Shown: one piece after another, positions 29,168 through 39,538 of the stretch
How the letters are laid out: every line of letters starts with the position of its first letter
How positions within the stretch are numbered: position 1 is the stretch's first letter
Assembly: GCA_965242525.1 (NCBI GenBank)
Contig: OZ251459.1
Span: 1,152,001-1,216,000, forward strand
Reading direction: 5' to 3'
DNA from: an uncultured Candidatus Binatia bacterium
Lineage (GTDB): Bacteria > Desulfobacterota > Binatia > UBA9968 > JAJDTQ01
Length of the DNA: 64,000 nt
Program-made: the position numbers and the translations under genes
Notes under the pieces: generated by a model
What the model saw: only the letters and a program-made list of their open reading frames with translations
Databases searched by the model: none
What the model was told of the DNA's origin: nothing

Positions 29168-30100
29168 ATGCTGCAACTGATCCTGCGCCGCGTCGGCATG
29201 ATGATCCTCATCATGCTGGTGGTGGCGCTGCTCCTGTTCCTTATGAACGAGGGCGACCCACGGCTCATCGCGCGTAGCGTCCTCGGCCCCTACGCCCTGG
29301 ACCAGCAACTGGACGCCTGGATCGTCCAGCACGGCTACGACCGTCCGCTCCTGGTCCGTTACGTGGACTGGATCGCCCGCGTGCTGTCCGGGGACCTGGG
29401 CGACTCCATCATCTACAAACGCCCGGTGAACGAGATCTTCTGGGGGCGGCTGGCCAACACCGGCATCCTCGCCGGCGTCACCTTCGTGGTCATGGTGGTG
29501 GTGGCCCTGACCCTGGGGGTGCTGGCCGGCATGAAGGAGGGCTCGGTCCAGGACCGGGTGATCTCGGTGTTCTCCATCACCACCACCTCCATCCCGGAGT
29601 ACGCCAGCGCGGTGCTGCTGGCCTGGGTCTTCGTCTTCGGGCTCGGCTGGCTGCCCGGCACTTCGTCCATGACCGCGGGGTTCAACGTGGTGGAGCTGAT
29701 CCTTCCGGTGATGGTGCTCACCCTCTACGGTTTCGGCTACGTGGCGCGCATGACCCGGGCCTCCATGGCCGAGGTGATGACCAACCACTACATCCGCACC
29801 GCCATGCTCAAGGGCCTGCCCTACCGCCACATCATCATGAAGCACGCCCTGCGGAACGCGCTGATCGCCCCGTTCACGGTGATCATGCTCCAGATCAACT
29901 GGCTCCTGTCCGGGGTGGTGGTGACGGAGTTCGCCTTCGGCTACAAGGGGTTCGGCGCGCTGTTGCTGGAAGCGGCGCTGCGCCGGGACATCTTCGTGAT
30001 CGAGGCGTGCGGCATCGCCGCGGTGTTCGTGGCGGTCTTCACCCAGACCATCGGCGACGTGGGATACACCTACCTGAACCCGAGGATCCGCTTCAAGTGA
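29168..30100 (+). CDS. ABC permease, DppB/OppB-like
   Basis: GDLG.S, YIRTA..KGL, HALRNAL, LNPRIR. Confidence 0.92.
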   Translation: MLQLILRRVGMMILIMLVVALLLFLMNEGDPRLIARSVLGPYALDQQLDAWIVQHGYDRPLLVRYVDWIARVLSGDLGDSIIYKRPVNEIFWGRLANTGILAGVTFVVMVVVALTLGVLAGMKEGSVQDRVISVFSITTTSIPEYASAVLLAWVFVFGLGWLPGTSSMTAGFNVVELILPVMVLTLYGFGYVARMTRASMAEVMTNHYIRTAMLKGLPYRHIIMKHALRNALIAPFTVIMLQINWLLSGVVVTEFAFGYKGFGALLLEAALRRDIFVIEACGIAAVFVAVFTQTIGDVGYTYLNPRIRFK

Positions 30101-30109
30101 GGAGGCGCA

Positions 30110-31003
30110 ATGGCTGAAAAAACCGACGATTTGCCTCTCGTCAGGCCGGATTCGACCATACTGAGCGCGGTCAAGTCCGTGGCCCTCCTGCGGGAGAGCC
30201 CGGTGGGCATGATCGGCGCCGGCATCGTGATCTTCTTCGTGCTGCTGTCGGTCTTCGCGCCGCTGGCGGCGCCCTACGACCCCAACGCCACCATCCTGCC
30301 CTTCGCCTTGCCGGGGACCGCGGCGCCGGACGGAGGCCTGTTCCTGCTCGGCACCGACCACCTGGGCCGCGACATCCTCTCGCGGGTCATCTGGGGCGGC
30401 CAGCGGGTGTTGTTCTACGCCACCGCGGCCACCGTCTCCGCCTATATCGTCGGCGTCGCCATGGGGCTGGCCGCGGGTTACTTCCGCGGCTACCTGGACG
30501 AGGTGATCTCGTTCTTCGCCAACGTCATACTCTCGTTCCCCATCATGGTCCTGTACGTGCTGATCATCGCCAAGGTGGGCGCGTCGGGCCTGAACATCAT
30601 CTTCGCCGTGGTCTTCGCTTCCTCGCCGGGCATCATGCGCATCGTGCGCGGCGTCACCATGGACATCGCCACCCGGGACTACATCGCCGCGTCCCAGACC
30701 CGGGGCGAGGGGCCGTGGTACATCATGCTGGTGGAGATCCTGCCCAACGCCCGCAGCCCGTTGATCGTCGATTTCTGCCTGCGCATGGGCTACACCACCA
30801 TCACCATCGGGGCGCTGGGCTTCCTGGGCCTCGGGCTGCCGCCGCCGGACCCCGACTGGGGCGGCATGATTACCGAGACCCGCGTCTTCGTCACCGGCGG
30901 GTTCCCCCACATGGCGATCCTGCCCGCGTGCGCGGTCTCCCTGCTGGTGCTGGGGTTCAACCTGCTGGCGGACGGACTGCGCGAAGTGTCCCTGAAGGAC
31001 TAG
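30110..31003 (+). CDS. ABC permease, DppC/OppC-like
   Basis: LGTD.LGRDILSR, EILPN, LGFLGLG..PP..DWG. Confidence 0.92.
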   Translation: MAEKTDDLPLVRPDSTILSAVKSVALLRESPVGMIGAGIVIFFVLLSVFAPLAAPYDPNATILPFALPGTAAPDGGLFLLGTDHLGRDILSRVIWGGQRVLFYATAATVSAYIVGVAMGLAAGYFRGYLDEVISFFANVILSFPIMVLYVLIIAKVGASGLNIIFAVVFASSPGIMRIVRGVTMDIATRDYIAASQTRGEGPWYIMLVEILPNARSPLIVDFCLRMGYTTITIGALGFLGLGLPPPDPDWGGMITETRVFVTGGFPHMAILPACAVSLLVLGFNLLADGLREVSLKD

Positions 31004-31013
31004 GAGAACCGAG

Positions 31014-33146
31014 ATGGCCGATCACGAAAACGAGGCGCCGGTGCTGGAGATCTCCGGCCTGCGGCTCAGCTACTACACCCGGGCCGGGGAGGTCCCCGCG
31101 GTCATGGACTTCGACCTCACCATCCGGAAAGGCGAGTCCGTGGGCCTGGTGGGCGAGTCCGGCTGCGGCAAATCCACGGTGGCCAACGGCATCATGCGCT
31201 ACATGGGCAAGAACGGCGGCATCGTCGGCGGCGCCATCCGGTTCAAGGGCCGGGACATGTCCGAGCTGACCGAAGAGGAGATGCGGCGCATCCGCGGCAA
31301 GGACATCGCCATGATCTACCAGGAGCCCATGGCCGCGCTCAACCCGAGCCTGACCATCGCCGCCCAGCTCATGGAAGTGCCCATGATCCACGAGGGAGTG
31401 GGGGAGGAGGAGGCGTTCCAGCGCTCCTTCGACATGCTGTCCTCGGTGAACATCCCGGACCCGAAACGGTTGATGGACTCCTATCCGCACCAGGTGTCGG
31501 GGGGCCAGCAGCAGCGGGTGGTCATCGCCATGGCGCTCTTGTCGAGGCCCTCCCTGCTGTTGCTGGACGAGCCCACCACCGCGCTGGACGTGACCGTGGA
31601 GGCGGGCATCGTCGAGCTCATCGCCGAGCTCAGCAAGGAGTCCGGCGCCTCCCTGCTCTACATCTCCCACAACCTCGGCCTGATGCTCGAGGTCTGCGAC
31701 CGCATCTGCGTCATGTACTCGGGCGAGGTGGTGGAGGAGGGCCATATCGACTCCATATTCTCCTGGCCCAAGCACCCCTACACCCACGGCCTGTTCGGCT
31801 GCATCCCGCTGCCCCACGCCGACAAGAACGCGCGCCCGCTCACCGCCATCCGGGGCCAGTTGCCGCTGCCGCACCAGCGGCCCGGCGGCTGCTACTTCGG
31901 CCCCCGCTGCAACTTCTTCGAGGCCGGGCGCTGCGACGACAACCACATCGCCATGGACGCGGTGCACACCGACGACGACCCGGCGCACCGGGTGCGCTGC
32001 GTACGCTGGGACGAGATCGACCACGACGACGCGGGGAGCAACGGCAGCAGCCGCGAACCCGTGGAGGTGGGCGACACCGTCCTCGAAGTCGACAACATGC
32101 GCAAGTACTACGACGTGAAGGACGGGTCGCTGGCGGCCATCGTCTCCGGCAAGTCCGTGCGCCAGGTCAAGGCCAACGAGAGCCTCAGCTTCCGGGCCGG
32201 GGAAGGGGAGACCGTGGCCATCGTGGGCGAGTCGGGGTGCGGCAAGTCCACCTTCGCCAAGGTCCTCATGGGCCTGGAGACCGCCACCGACGGCGAGGTG
32301 CGGCTGGACGGCGCCGACCTGGGCAGCATCGCGGTCCACAAGCGCACCCCGGAGCAGTTGGCCTCGCTCCAGATGGTGTTCCAGAACCCCAACGACACCC
32401 TCAACCCGTCCCACTCCGTCGGCTACCAGATCGGCCGGGTCATCAAGCGGTTCGGCATCGAGTCCGACCCGGCGAAGATCCGGGAACGGGTCTATCGGTT
32501 GCTCGACACGGTGAAGCTGCCGCGGGCCTTCGCCAACCGCAAGCCGCGCCAACTGTCCGGCGGCCAGAAGCAGCGCGTGGGCATCGCCCGGGCCTTCGCC
32601 GGCAACCCCAGGACGGTCATCGCGGACGAGCCCATCTCGGCGCTGGACGTGTCGGTGGCCGCGGCGGTGACGGAGCTGCTCATGGACATCCAGCGGGAGC
32701 ACCGCACCACGCTGCTGTTCATCAGCCACGACCTGTCCGCTGTGCGTTACCTCTCGGACCGGGTGGTGGTCATGTACCTGGGGCAGATCATGGAGCGGGG
32801 CTCCACCGAAGAAGTCTTCGCGCCGCCGTACCATCCCTACACCGAGGCGCTGCTCTCCGCGGTGCCCATCGCCGACCCCGAGGTGGAGAAGCGCCGGATC
32901 GTGCTGGAGGGCAACCTCCCGAGCCCCCTGGACCCTCCCCGGGGCTGCCCCTTCTCCACCCGGTGCCAGCGGAAGCTGGGCAGCGTCTGCGAAGAGGAGA
33001 CGCCGCCCATGCAGTTCGAGTCCGAGCACCACGGCATCGCCTGCCACATCCCGCTGGAGGAACTGCGCAAGGTCGAGCCCGTGATCACCATCCCGGACCG
33101 GGACTTGGGCGCGGCGAGCCGGGCGGAGCATCCGCCGCCGGCATGA
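31014..33146 (+). CDS. Fused double ABC ATPase, DppD/DppF-like
   Basis: Two GESGCGKS, two SGGQ signatures, two HPYT plus Cys-rich oligopeptide-transporter C-terminal regions. Confidence 0.95.
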   Translation: MADHENEAPVLEISGLRLSYYTRAGEVPAVMDFDLTIRKGESVGLVGESGCGKSTVANGIMRYMGKNGGIVGGAIRFKGRDMSELTEEEMRRIRGKDIAMIYQEPMAALNPSLTIAAQLMEVPMIHEGVGEEEAFQRSFDMLSSVNIPDPKRLMDSYPHQVSGGQQQRVVIAMALLSRPSLLLLDEPTTALDVTVEAGIVELIAELSKESGASLLYISHNLGLMLEVCDRICVMYSGEVVEEGHIDSIFSWPKHPYTHGLFGCIPLPHADKNARPLTAIRGQLPLPHQRPGGCYFGPRCNFFEAGRCDDNHIAMDAVHTDDDPAHRVRCVRWDEIDHDDAGSNGSSREPVEVGDTVLEVDNMRKYYDVKDGSLAAIVSGKSVRQVKANESLSFRAGEGETVAIVGESGCGKSTFAKVLMGLETATDGEVRLDGADLGSIAVHKRTPEQLASLQMVFQNPNDTLNPSHSVGYQIGRVIKRFGIESDPAKIRERVYRLLDTVKLPRAFANRKPRQLSGGQKQRVGIARAFAGNPRTVIADEPISALDVSVAAAVTELLMDIQREHRTTLLFISHDLSAVRYLSDRVVVMYLGQIMERGSTEEVFAPPYHPYTEALLSAVPIADPEVEKRRIVLEGNLPSPLDPPRGCPFSTRCQRKLGSVCEEETPPMQFESEHHGIACHIPLEELRKVEPVITIPDRDLGAASRAEHPPPA

Positions 33147-33321
33147 CGACGGCCGGGGACGCCCGGCGCGGCCTCGGCCGCGTCCGTGGGGGTTCCGTGG
33201 GAGGAGTGCGCGGCGCGGCCCGGGCCCCGCGGGAAACGCAGGCGTTGCATTGGAATCCGGCGCCGAAGGTGGTAATTTTGCAAGGCGTCGAGGCAGCGAA
33301 ATCCATTGAGGGGGAAGCACC

Positions 33322-34344
33322 ATGGGAAAAATCGACTCGGCCGTGACCGTGATCGACGCGGACGCCCACGCCCGGGACAACGACGACTTCATCCGGCCTT
33401 TCCTGGGCGAATCGTTCCGCAACCGGCGCCCGCCCTTCCTTCCACGGGAGACCTACGACCGCAACCTGGGAGGGACCCTGGGACACGCGGGGATCGAGCA
33501 CGAGGAGCGGTTGGCGGCCATGGACACCCAGGAGATCCACACCGCGGTCATGTACCCCACCAGCGGGCTGGGCATCGGGCGCATCCGGGAGCCGGCCTAC
33601 CAAGTCACCCTGTGCCGGGCCTACAACGAGTTCATCGCCGACTACTGCCAGGCGTCGCCCCGCCTCAAGGCGGTGGCGAACCTGCCGGTGAACGATCCCG
33701 CGGCCGCGGCCCGGGAACTGCGCCGCGCGGTGGTGGACCTGGGCTTGGCTGGGGGCATGCTGGCGGCCCAGGGCCATGGCAAGAACTTCGGCGCCCCCGA
33801 GTACTACCCGCTGTACGAAGAGGCCCAGAAGCTCGGGGCTCCGCTGGCGGTCCACGCCTTCGGCGGCGACGAGCCGGGCAGCGAGATCTTCGACCAGTTC
33901 ATCTCCATCCACACCACCGGCCATCCGTTCCCGGTGCTGCGCCAGCTTACGGGCATGGTCTATGGCGGCATCCCCGAGCTCTTTCCCGACCTGAAGCTCG
34001 GGTTCCTGGAGATCGGCTGCGGCTGGATCCCCTACTGGACCGACCGCATGGACGAGGAATGGGAGAAGCGCGGAGCGGTGGAGGCCCCGGAGTGCAAGCA
34101 GGAGCCCAGCCGCTACATCACCGGCAAGAACTTCTACTACGGCTGCGAGCCCGACGAGAAGACCATCGGGTACGTGGTGGGGGAGATCGGCTCCGAGACC
34201 ATCATGTACGCTTCGGACTACCCCCACTGGGACATGAGCTGGCCCGATTCCGGCTCCCTGATCTGGGGACGGACCGACCTGTCCGCGGAAGCGAAGCGGA
34301 ACATCCTGGGCGACAACGCCCGGCGTTTCTACGGACTCGAATGA
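33322..34344 (+). CDS. Amidohydrolase_2 family metalloenzyme
   Basis: IDAD.H, RAYN, FP.LK.GFLE.G.GW, ASDYPHWD, NA.RFY. Confidence 0.9.
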   Translation: MGKIDSAVTVIDADAHARDNDDFIRPFLGESFRNRRPPFLPRETYDRNLGGTLGHAGIEHEERLAAMDTQEIHTAVMYPTSGLGIGRIREPAYQVTLCRAYNEFIADYCQASPRLKAVANLPVNDPAAAARELRRAVVDLGLAGGMLAAQGHGKNFGAPEYYPLYEEAQKLGAPLAVHAFGGDEPGSEIFDQFISIHTTGHPFPVLRQLTGMVYGGIPELFPDLKLGFLEIGCGWIPYWTDRMDEEWEKRGAVEAPECKQEPSRYITGKNFYYGCEPDEKTIGYVVGEIGSETIMYASDYPHWDMSWPDSGSLIWGRTDLSAEAKRNILGDNARRFYGLE

Positions 34345-34507
34345 CGGGCCGGGCAGGGGGCCGCGCCCGGAAGTTGCGTTCCGTGCGGCTTTGGAGTAAC
34401 TAATGCCCTGCGTCCCCGTGGAGGTATCCCGGGACGCAACGCCAACGGCCGCAACGGACCATTTCAACTACTTCAACGAATACCGACGGATCCAGGGAGT
34501 ACCTTCG

Positions 34508-35257
34508 ATGCCACTTTCCGGCGACGCCTTTGTTCGGGAAATCCAGGAGACGGTCCGCGCCAAGCACTCCAAGGACAACCCGTTGATCGGGATGATCGAG
34601 CGGGGGGAGATCGACCGGGCGGCGCTCAAGGGCTTCGTGGGCCAGTTCTACCTGTTCTTCCCCAAACCCTTTCCCAAGCCCATCGCGGCCATGCTGGGGC
34701 GCTGTCCGGAAGACCCGGAACTGGAGAAGATGTGGATCGAGAACGTGGTGGAGGAGGGCACCGGAGAGATCTCCGGCACCGACAGCCACCGCGGCCTGTT
34801 CATCCGCTTCGCCATGGCCTGCGGCTACGAGTCCAGGGAAGAACTGGACTCGGTGCCGCCGCTGCCGGAGACATCCGCGTTCCTGGACTGGCGGGAGCTG
34901 CTCATGTACCAGCGCTCGTGGCTGGAGCTCTACGCATGCCAGGGTTTCTGCCTGGAAGGGACCGCCAGCGAGCGCATGAGCCGGATCGTGACCGGCCTCA
35001 CGACCCACTACGGCTTCGACCGAGACAGCGAGGAGATCCGCTACTGGACCCTCCACATGGGAGTGGACGAGGAACACATGAAGGTGGGCCCCGAAGCGGT
35101 CCGCAAGTACGCGGTGACCGATCCGCAGCAAGAGCAGGTGCGCCAGGCCGTGCGCAAGACCCTGGACCAGTTCTGGCTGGCGTTCGACGGGGTCAAGCGG
35201 GCCTTCGTGGACCGGGACCCGGTTTACGCGAATTGGCGCAACGGCGCGGGCGCCTGA
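34508..35257 (+). CDS. Heme-oxygenase-like diiron enzyme (CADD/PqqC/TenA superfamily)
   Basis: N..EE...SH..LF.RF, conserved E, W..H...DEEH metal-ligand pattern. Confidence 0.8.
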   Translation: MPLSGDAFVREIQETVRAKHSKDNPLIGMIERGEIDRAALKGFVGQFYLFFPKPFPKPIAAMLGRCPEDPELEKMWIENVVEEGTGEISGTDSHRGLFIRFAMACGYESREELDSVPPLPETSAFLDWRELLMYQRSWLELYACQGFCLEGTASERMSRIVTGLTTHYGFDRDSEEIRYWTLHMGVDEEHMKVGPEAVRKYAVTDPQQEQVRQAVRKTLDQFWLAFDGVKRAFVDRDPVYANWRNGAGA

Positions 35258-35292
35258 CGACGAGGAGCGCCAAGCCCGCCGGGAACCACACC

Positions 35293-35946
35293 ATGTCCAT
35301 CATCGACCTCTCGCGCGTCATCTACGACGGCATGCCCAAGATCCCGGTGCTCCCGGACGTGCACGTGCGGCGTTTCTTCGACCTGGAGAAGGGCCACCCC
35401 CTCAACGTCACCGAGATCAACCTGCCGTGCCACGCGGGCACCCACGTGGACGCGCCCGTCCACGTGGTCCCCAACGGCAAGTCCATCGAGGAGCTGCCCC
35501 CGGACGCGTTCGTCGGACCGGGAGCGGTCGTTTCGGTGGAGAAGGGCGGCGGCGAGGAAGTCACCGCGGCGGACCTGGAAGGTTCCGGGGTCCCGGTGGA
35601 CCGGGGCGACATCCTCATGCTGCACACCGGCTGGGACGAGAAGTTCGAAAGCGACGAATACAATATGCACCCCTATCTCTCCGTGGATGCGGCGGAATGG
35701 ATCGTCGAGCGCGGGGTGAAGCTGTTCGGCATCGACTGCATCACCGTGGACCTGCCCACCCCCTTGCGCCCCAAGGGGTTCGACTTCCCGGTGCATCGGA
35801 CCCTCTTGGGCAACGGCGTGCTCATCGCCGAGAACGTCGCCAACCTGGGGGCCATCGCAGGCCGGAAGAACCGCATCATGGCGCTGCCCCTCAAGGTGCA
35901 GGGGAGCGACGCGGCCCACGCCCGGATCGTGGCCGAGCTCCGGTAG
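35293..35946 (+). CDS. Cyclase family protein (kynurenine formamidase-like)
   Basis: HAGTHVDAP.H, GID, H..LL..G..I.EN, ALPLK..G.D. Confidence 0.92.
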   Translation: MSIIDLSRVIYDGMPKIPVLPDVHVRRFFDLEKGHPLNVTEINLPCHAGTHVDAPVHVVPNGKSIEELPPDAFVGPGAVVSVEKGGGEEVTAADLEGSGVPVDRGDILMLHTGWDEKFESDEYNMHPYLSVDAAEWIVERGVKLFGIDCITVDLPTPLRPKGFDFPVHRTLLGNGVLIAENVANLGAIAGRKNRIMALPLKVQGSDAAHARIVAELR

Positions 35947-36012
35947 GCGAGGGCCGGTCCACGTGTCCGCAACCTGCCGCGGTCGCTGCTGAACCCGAAC
36001 CGAGGTCGTTGG

Positions 36013-36978
36013 ATGTTGGCGAGCCCCATCAAGGGAATCATCGGAGCGGCGCTGACCCCGTTCACGGACGACGGGAAGGTGGACTACGACGCCCTGGGAC
36101 GGGAGATCGAGTTCCTGGTGGCGGACTGCGACGCAATATCCGTGGCCGCGGTGGAAGCGTCGGAATACACGGTCCTCTCCCTCCAGGAGCGCAAGGATGT
36201 CATGCGGCGCGCCACCGAGGTGGTCAACAAGCGCGTCCCCGTCATCCTCGGGGCCTCCAGCCACTCCATCGACACCGTACTGGACCTGGCGGACCACGCG
36301 GCCGCGGTGGGGGGGGACCTCATCCAGGTGCTCATGCCCATCCGTCCGTGGGGCGGACAGCCGACCATCGCCGACCTGGTGCAGTTCTTCACCGAAGTGG
36401 CGTCGGTCAGCCCGCTGCCCATCGTGGCCTACCACAACCCCGGCCCGGGCGCGGACCCGCCGCTGGATGCGTTCGTGCGCCTGAGCGAGCTCCACAAGGT
36501 GGACTACTTCAAGGAGAGCTCCCGCGACATCACCAAGATCACGCGCCTCATCGAGCAGATCCAGCTCGCCGGAAAGGCCAACTACTTCACCACCATGCAG
36601 CCGTTGCTGACGACCCTGACCATGGGCGGGGCAGGCGCCACCATGCCCCCTCCGGGCACGCGCATCGGCGCGCGGGTGGTGCGCGCGTTCCGGGAAGGGG
36701 ACATGGACAAGGCGCGCTACTGGCAACGCTGCTTCACCCTCTTTCCGGGAAAGTGGGGCGCCTACGGGTTGCCGCCGATCATGAAGTCCGCGTTGAAGCA
36801 CTTCGGGGTCGATATCGGCGACCCGTCCCGCCCCTATGCCCCGGTGAGTCCCCGGGACCACGCCCAGATCGGGCAGTTCTTGGGCCAGATCGGCATCCTG
36901 GGCGACGGGGAACCGGACGAGACCGCTTTCGACCGGGCCTCGGTCCAGCTCTCGCAGGACGACACCTTCCTGCGCTAG
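36013..36978 (+). CDS. Dihydrodipicolinate synthase/N-acetylneuraminate lyase family aldolase
   Basis: A.LTPF..DG.VD, YHNP, Schiff-base KESS; GTTGE replaced by VEASE. Confidence 0.85.
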   Translation: MLASPIKGIIGAALTPFTDDGKVDYDALGREIEFLVADCDAISVAAVEASEYTVLSLQERKDVMRRATEVVNKRVPVILGASSHSIDTVLDLADHAAAVGGDLIQVLMPIRPWGGQPTIADLVQFFTEVASVSPLPIVAYHNPGPGADPPLDAFVRLSELHKVDYFKESSRDITKITRLIEQIQLAGKANYFTTMQPLLTTLTMGGAGATMPPPGTRIGARVVRAFREGDMDKARYWQRCFTLFPGKWGAYGLPPIMKSALKHFGVDIGDPSRPYAPVSPRDHAQIGQFLGQIGILGDGEPDETAFDRASVQLSQDDTFLR

Positions 36979-36983
36979 GTCCC

Positions 36984-37190
36984 ATGTCCGGCGGGCTGTT
37001 CACCTGGGTCGCGGAGCAGGTCAAGGCAGGCACCGACTTCCTGGTGCTGCTGCTGGTCCGCGGCACCTCCCGTTTCGAGTCCGAGTTGACCGAGGAAGGG
37101 AGGCAGGAGCAGCGCATGTGGCGGGACCGGCGCATGCGCAGCCTGAAAGGTCTCGCCCTTCGCGCCGGACGGCGGCGCCGGGGAGGTTGA
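36984..37190 (+). CDS. Small hypothetical protein (68 aa)
   Basis: ATG 6 bp after the aldolase stop, fills the gap, GC-rich third positions. Confidence 0.45.
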   Translation: MSGGLFTWVAEQVKAGTDFLVLLLVRGTSRFESELTEEGRQEQRMWRDRRMRSLKGLALRAGRRRRGG

Positions 37191-37233
37191 CGCCGACACG
37201 GCCGCAGGGCGCCCGCGGACACGGGATTCACGG

Positions 37234-38391
37234 ATGCATTACCACAACGGACGGAAGCAGATCGTCGTGCTCGGCGGCGGCAGCGGGGGAGTGGTGGCCG
37301 CCACCAAGCTCGGCCGCGCCCTGGGCGCGGACCACGACGTGACGCTCATCGACCGCCGGGCCGACCACGTGTTCATGCCCGCCTTCCTCTTCCTGATGGT
37401 GGGGCAGCGCCGGCCCGAGGACATCACCCGGAAGCTGAAGCGCCTGGAGAAACGCAACATCCGGGTGCTGCAGGCGGAGATCCTCGGGATCGACCCGGGC
37501 TCCCGGCAGGTCGTACTCGAAAGCACCGCCATCCCCTACGACTACCTCGTGGTCTCCCTGGGCCTGGAGGTGAGGCCCGACCTCCTTCCCGGCTTCGCCG
37601 AAGGCGCCCAGCACGCCTGGGAAATGGACGCCGCCCTGCGTCTCAAGGGGAACCTCGACGTGTTCCGGGAAGGGCGCGTGGCGGTGGGGATACCGCAGGG
37701 CCCGTACCGCTGTCCGCCGGCGCCTTACGAAGCGCAATGGATGCTGGACAGCTACTTCAAGGAACGCAACGTCCGGGACCTGGTGGACCTCCACTACTTC
37801 ACCCGGGAACCCGAGCCGGCCGGCGAGGAGCACATGCCCTCCGTGTGGATGGACGCCCAGAGCAGGAAGCGCCGGGTCACCATCCATTACGACTTCGTGG
37901 CCCAGTCCATCGACCCCGACCGGCAGCGCGTGCTGGGCCTCTACGGCTACGAGATCTCCTACGACCTGCTGCTCATGGTGCCCCCGCACCGGCCGGCCAG
38001 GGTGCTCTACGACTGCGGGCTCGCCGAGACCGAGACCGGCGTGCAGGTGGACTTCGACACACTGGAGACCAAGTGGGAGAACGTCTATGCCATCGGCGAC
38101 TGCGCCAACATGCCCGCCTCCAAGGCGGGCGGCGTGGCGCACCAGGAGGCGGACGTGGTGGCGGACAACCTGGTGGCGGAGATCACCGGGGAAGGGGAGT
38201 TATCGACCCTCCACCTCCACACCATATGACTGCTGTCCTGCGGCGCGGGACGCGCCGCCGCCAACCGGACCACCTATCCCCAGGGTTGGCCGCCCTTCGG
38301 CGCCGCGGATTCGCGCTCGTGGGGTCCCTCCCGGGCCATCTACTGGAGCAAGGTCCTGTTCGAGAAATGGTGGCTATGGCGTTATTTCTGA
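37234..38391 (+). CDS. Sulfide:quinone oxidoreductase-like flavoprotein (type III SQR/FCSD family), probable selenoprotein with Sec at codon 332
   Basis: GGGSGG FAD motif, YRCPPAPYE (Cys160), NVYAIGD, KAG; in-frame TGA at 38227-38229, then an open frame encoding LLSCGAGRA...PSRAIYWSKVLFEKWWLWRYF. Confidence 0.85.
38240..38258 (+). promoter_or_regulatory. Candidate bacterial SECIS hairpin
   Basis: GCGGCGCG-GGA-CGCGCCGC perfect 8 bp stem starting 10 nt after the in-frame TGA, G-rich apical loop. Confidence 0.7.
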
Positions 38392-38448
38392 CAGGGGACG
38401 GGCGGCGCCTCCCCGCGGGGCGCGCCCGCGGTCCATCCTGAGACGGTC

Positions 38449-39498
38449 ATGATCCTGCGCGAGCTCAACGGCGGAAGCTGCAAGACCTACCTGGTGGCGG
38501 ACGAGGGCAGGGGACGCGCGGTGCTCGTGGACCCGCTGTACGCCAACGTGGACCGGTACCTGGCGCTGCTGGGCTACCACCGGCTCACCCTGGACCTGGT
38601 CATCGACACCCATACCCACGCCGACCACCTGAGCGGATGCGCCCAGTTGCGGTTCCTGGTGGGCGCGCCCTTCGCCATGCAGAAATGGGCCCCCAGCCCC
38701 GCGGTGGACCGGCACCTGGAGGACGGCGAGGGTCTCGCCGTGGGGGAGCTGGAGGTGCGCGTGCTCCACACCCCCGGCCATACCCCCGACGGCATGAGCC
38801 TGGTGGTGGCGGGCAACGTGCTCACCGGCGACACCCTCTTCATCGGCGGCTCCGGGCGCACCGACTTCCCCGGAGGGGACGCCGGCGCCCAGTTCGACTC
38901 CATCACCCAAAAGCTGTTCACGCTGCCGGACGAGACCGCGGTCCACCCGGGCCATGACTACCGGGGCGCCGCCGGCTCCACCATCGGCCGGGAAAAGCGC
39001 GCCAACCCCCGCCTGGCCAACCGCACCCGGGAGGACTACGTGGAGCTCATGGACAACCTCCGGCTCGCGCCGCCCCAGAACATCCAGGAGGTCCTCCAGC
39101 CCAACCAGTCGGCCCTGGGAAGCGACCAGGTCAACTTCCCGGACTGGAGCGAGCTCAAGAAGGTGAGGGAAGTGGACGTGGAGGGCCTCGACCTCATGCG
39201 GAGGTCGGACTCGCCGCCGCTGGTGGTGGACGTGCGCGAGCCCGCGGAGTACACGGGGGAGCTCGGCCACCTTCCGGGCAGCGTCCTGATCCCCCTCCGG
39301 GAGCTGATGAACCGCCTCGACGAGATCGAGGGGCACAGGAGCGGCCCGGTGGTGACCGTCTGCCGCGCCGGGATGCGCAGCGCCACGGCCGCGGCCATCC
39401 TCGGCAGGCTCGGCTTCACCGACGTCTCCAACCTGGCGGGGGGGATGCTCGGGTGGCGCCGCGCCGGCCTGCCCGTGGAGCCTCAGCTCGACCCGTGA
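38449..39498 (+). CDS. Persulfide dioxygenase (ETHE1-like MBL fold) fused to C-terminal rhodanese
   Basis: DTHTHADHLSG, TPGHT, TGDTLFIGG.GRTD, PGHDY, STIG.EK..NPR; rhodanese DVRE..E...GHLPGS and CRAGMRS. Confidence 0.92.
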   Translation: MILRELNGGSCKTYLVADEGRGRAVLVDPLYANVDRYLALLGYHRLTLDLVIDTHTHADHLSGCAQLRFLVGAPFAMQKWAPSPAVDRHLEDGEGLAVGELEVRVLHTPGHTPDGMSLVVAGNVLTGDTLFIGGSGRTDFPGGDAGAQFDSITQKLFTLPDETAVHPGHDYRGAAGSTIGREKRANPRLANRTREDYVELMDNLRLAPPQNIQEVLQPNQSALGSDQVNFPDWSELKKVREVDVEGLDLMRRSDSPPLVVDVREPAEYTGELGHLPGSVLIPLRELMNRLDEIEGHRSGPVVTVCRAGMRSATAAAILGRLGFTDVSNLAGGMLGWRRAGLPVEPQLDP

Positions 39499-39538
39499 CT
39501 TGACGGCTGCCCTGGGACGACCCTCGCGAAATTCCGTC

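Noticed and set aside
38227-38229. Simple nonsense mutation (pseudogene) reading of the SQR TGA
   Set aside because: Disfavoured but not excluded: the stop falls at the expected Cys position, a SECIS-like hairpin follows and the downstream frame is intact
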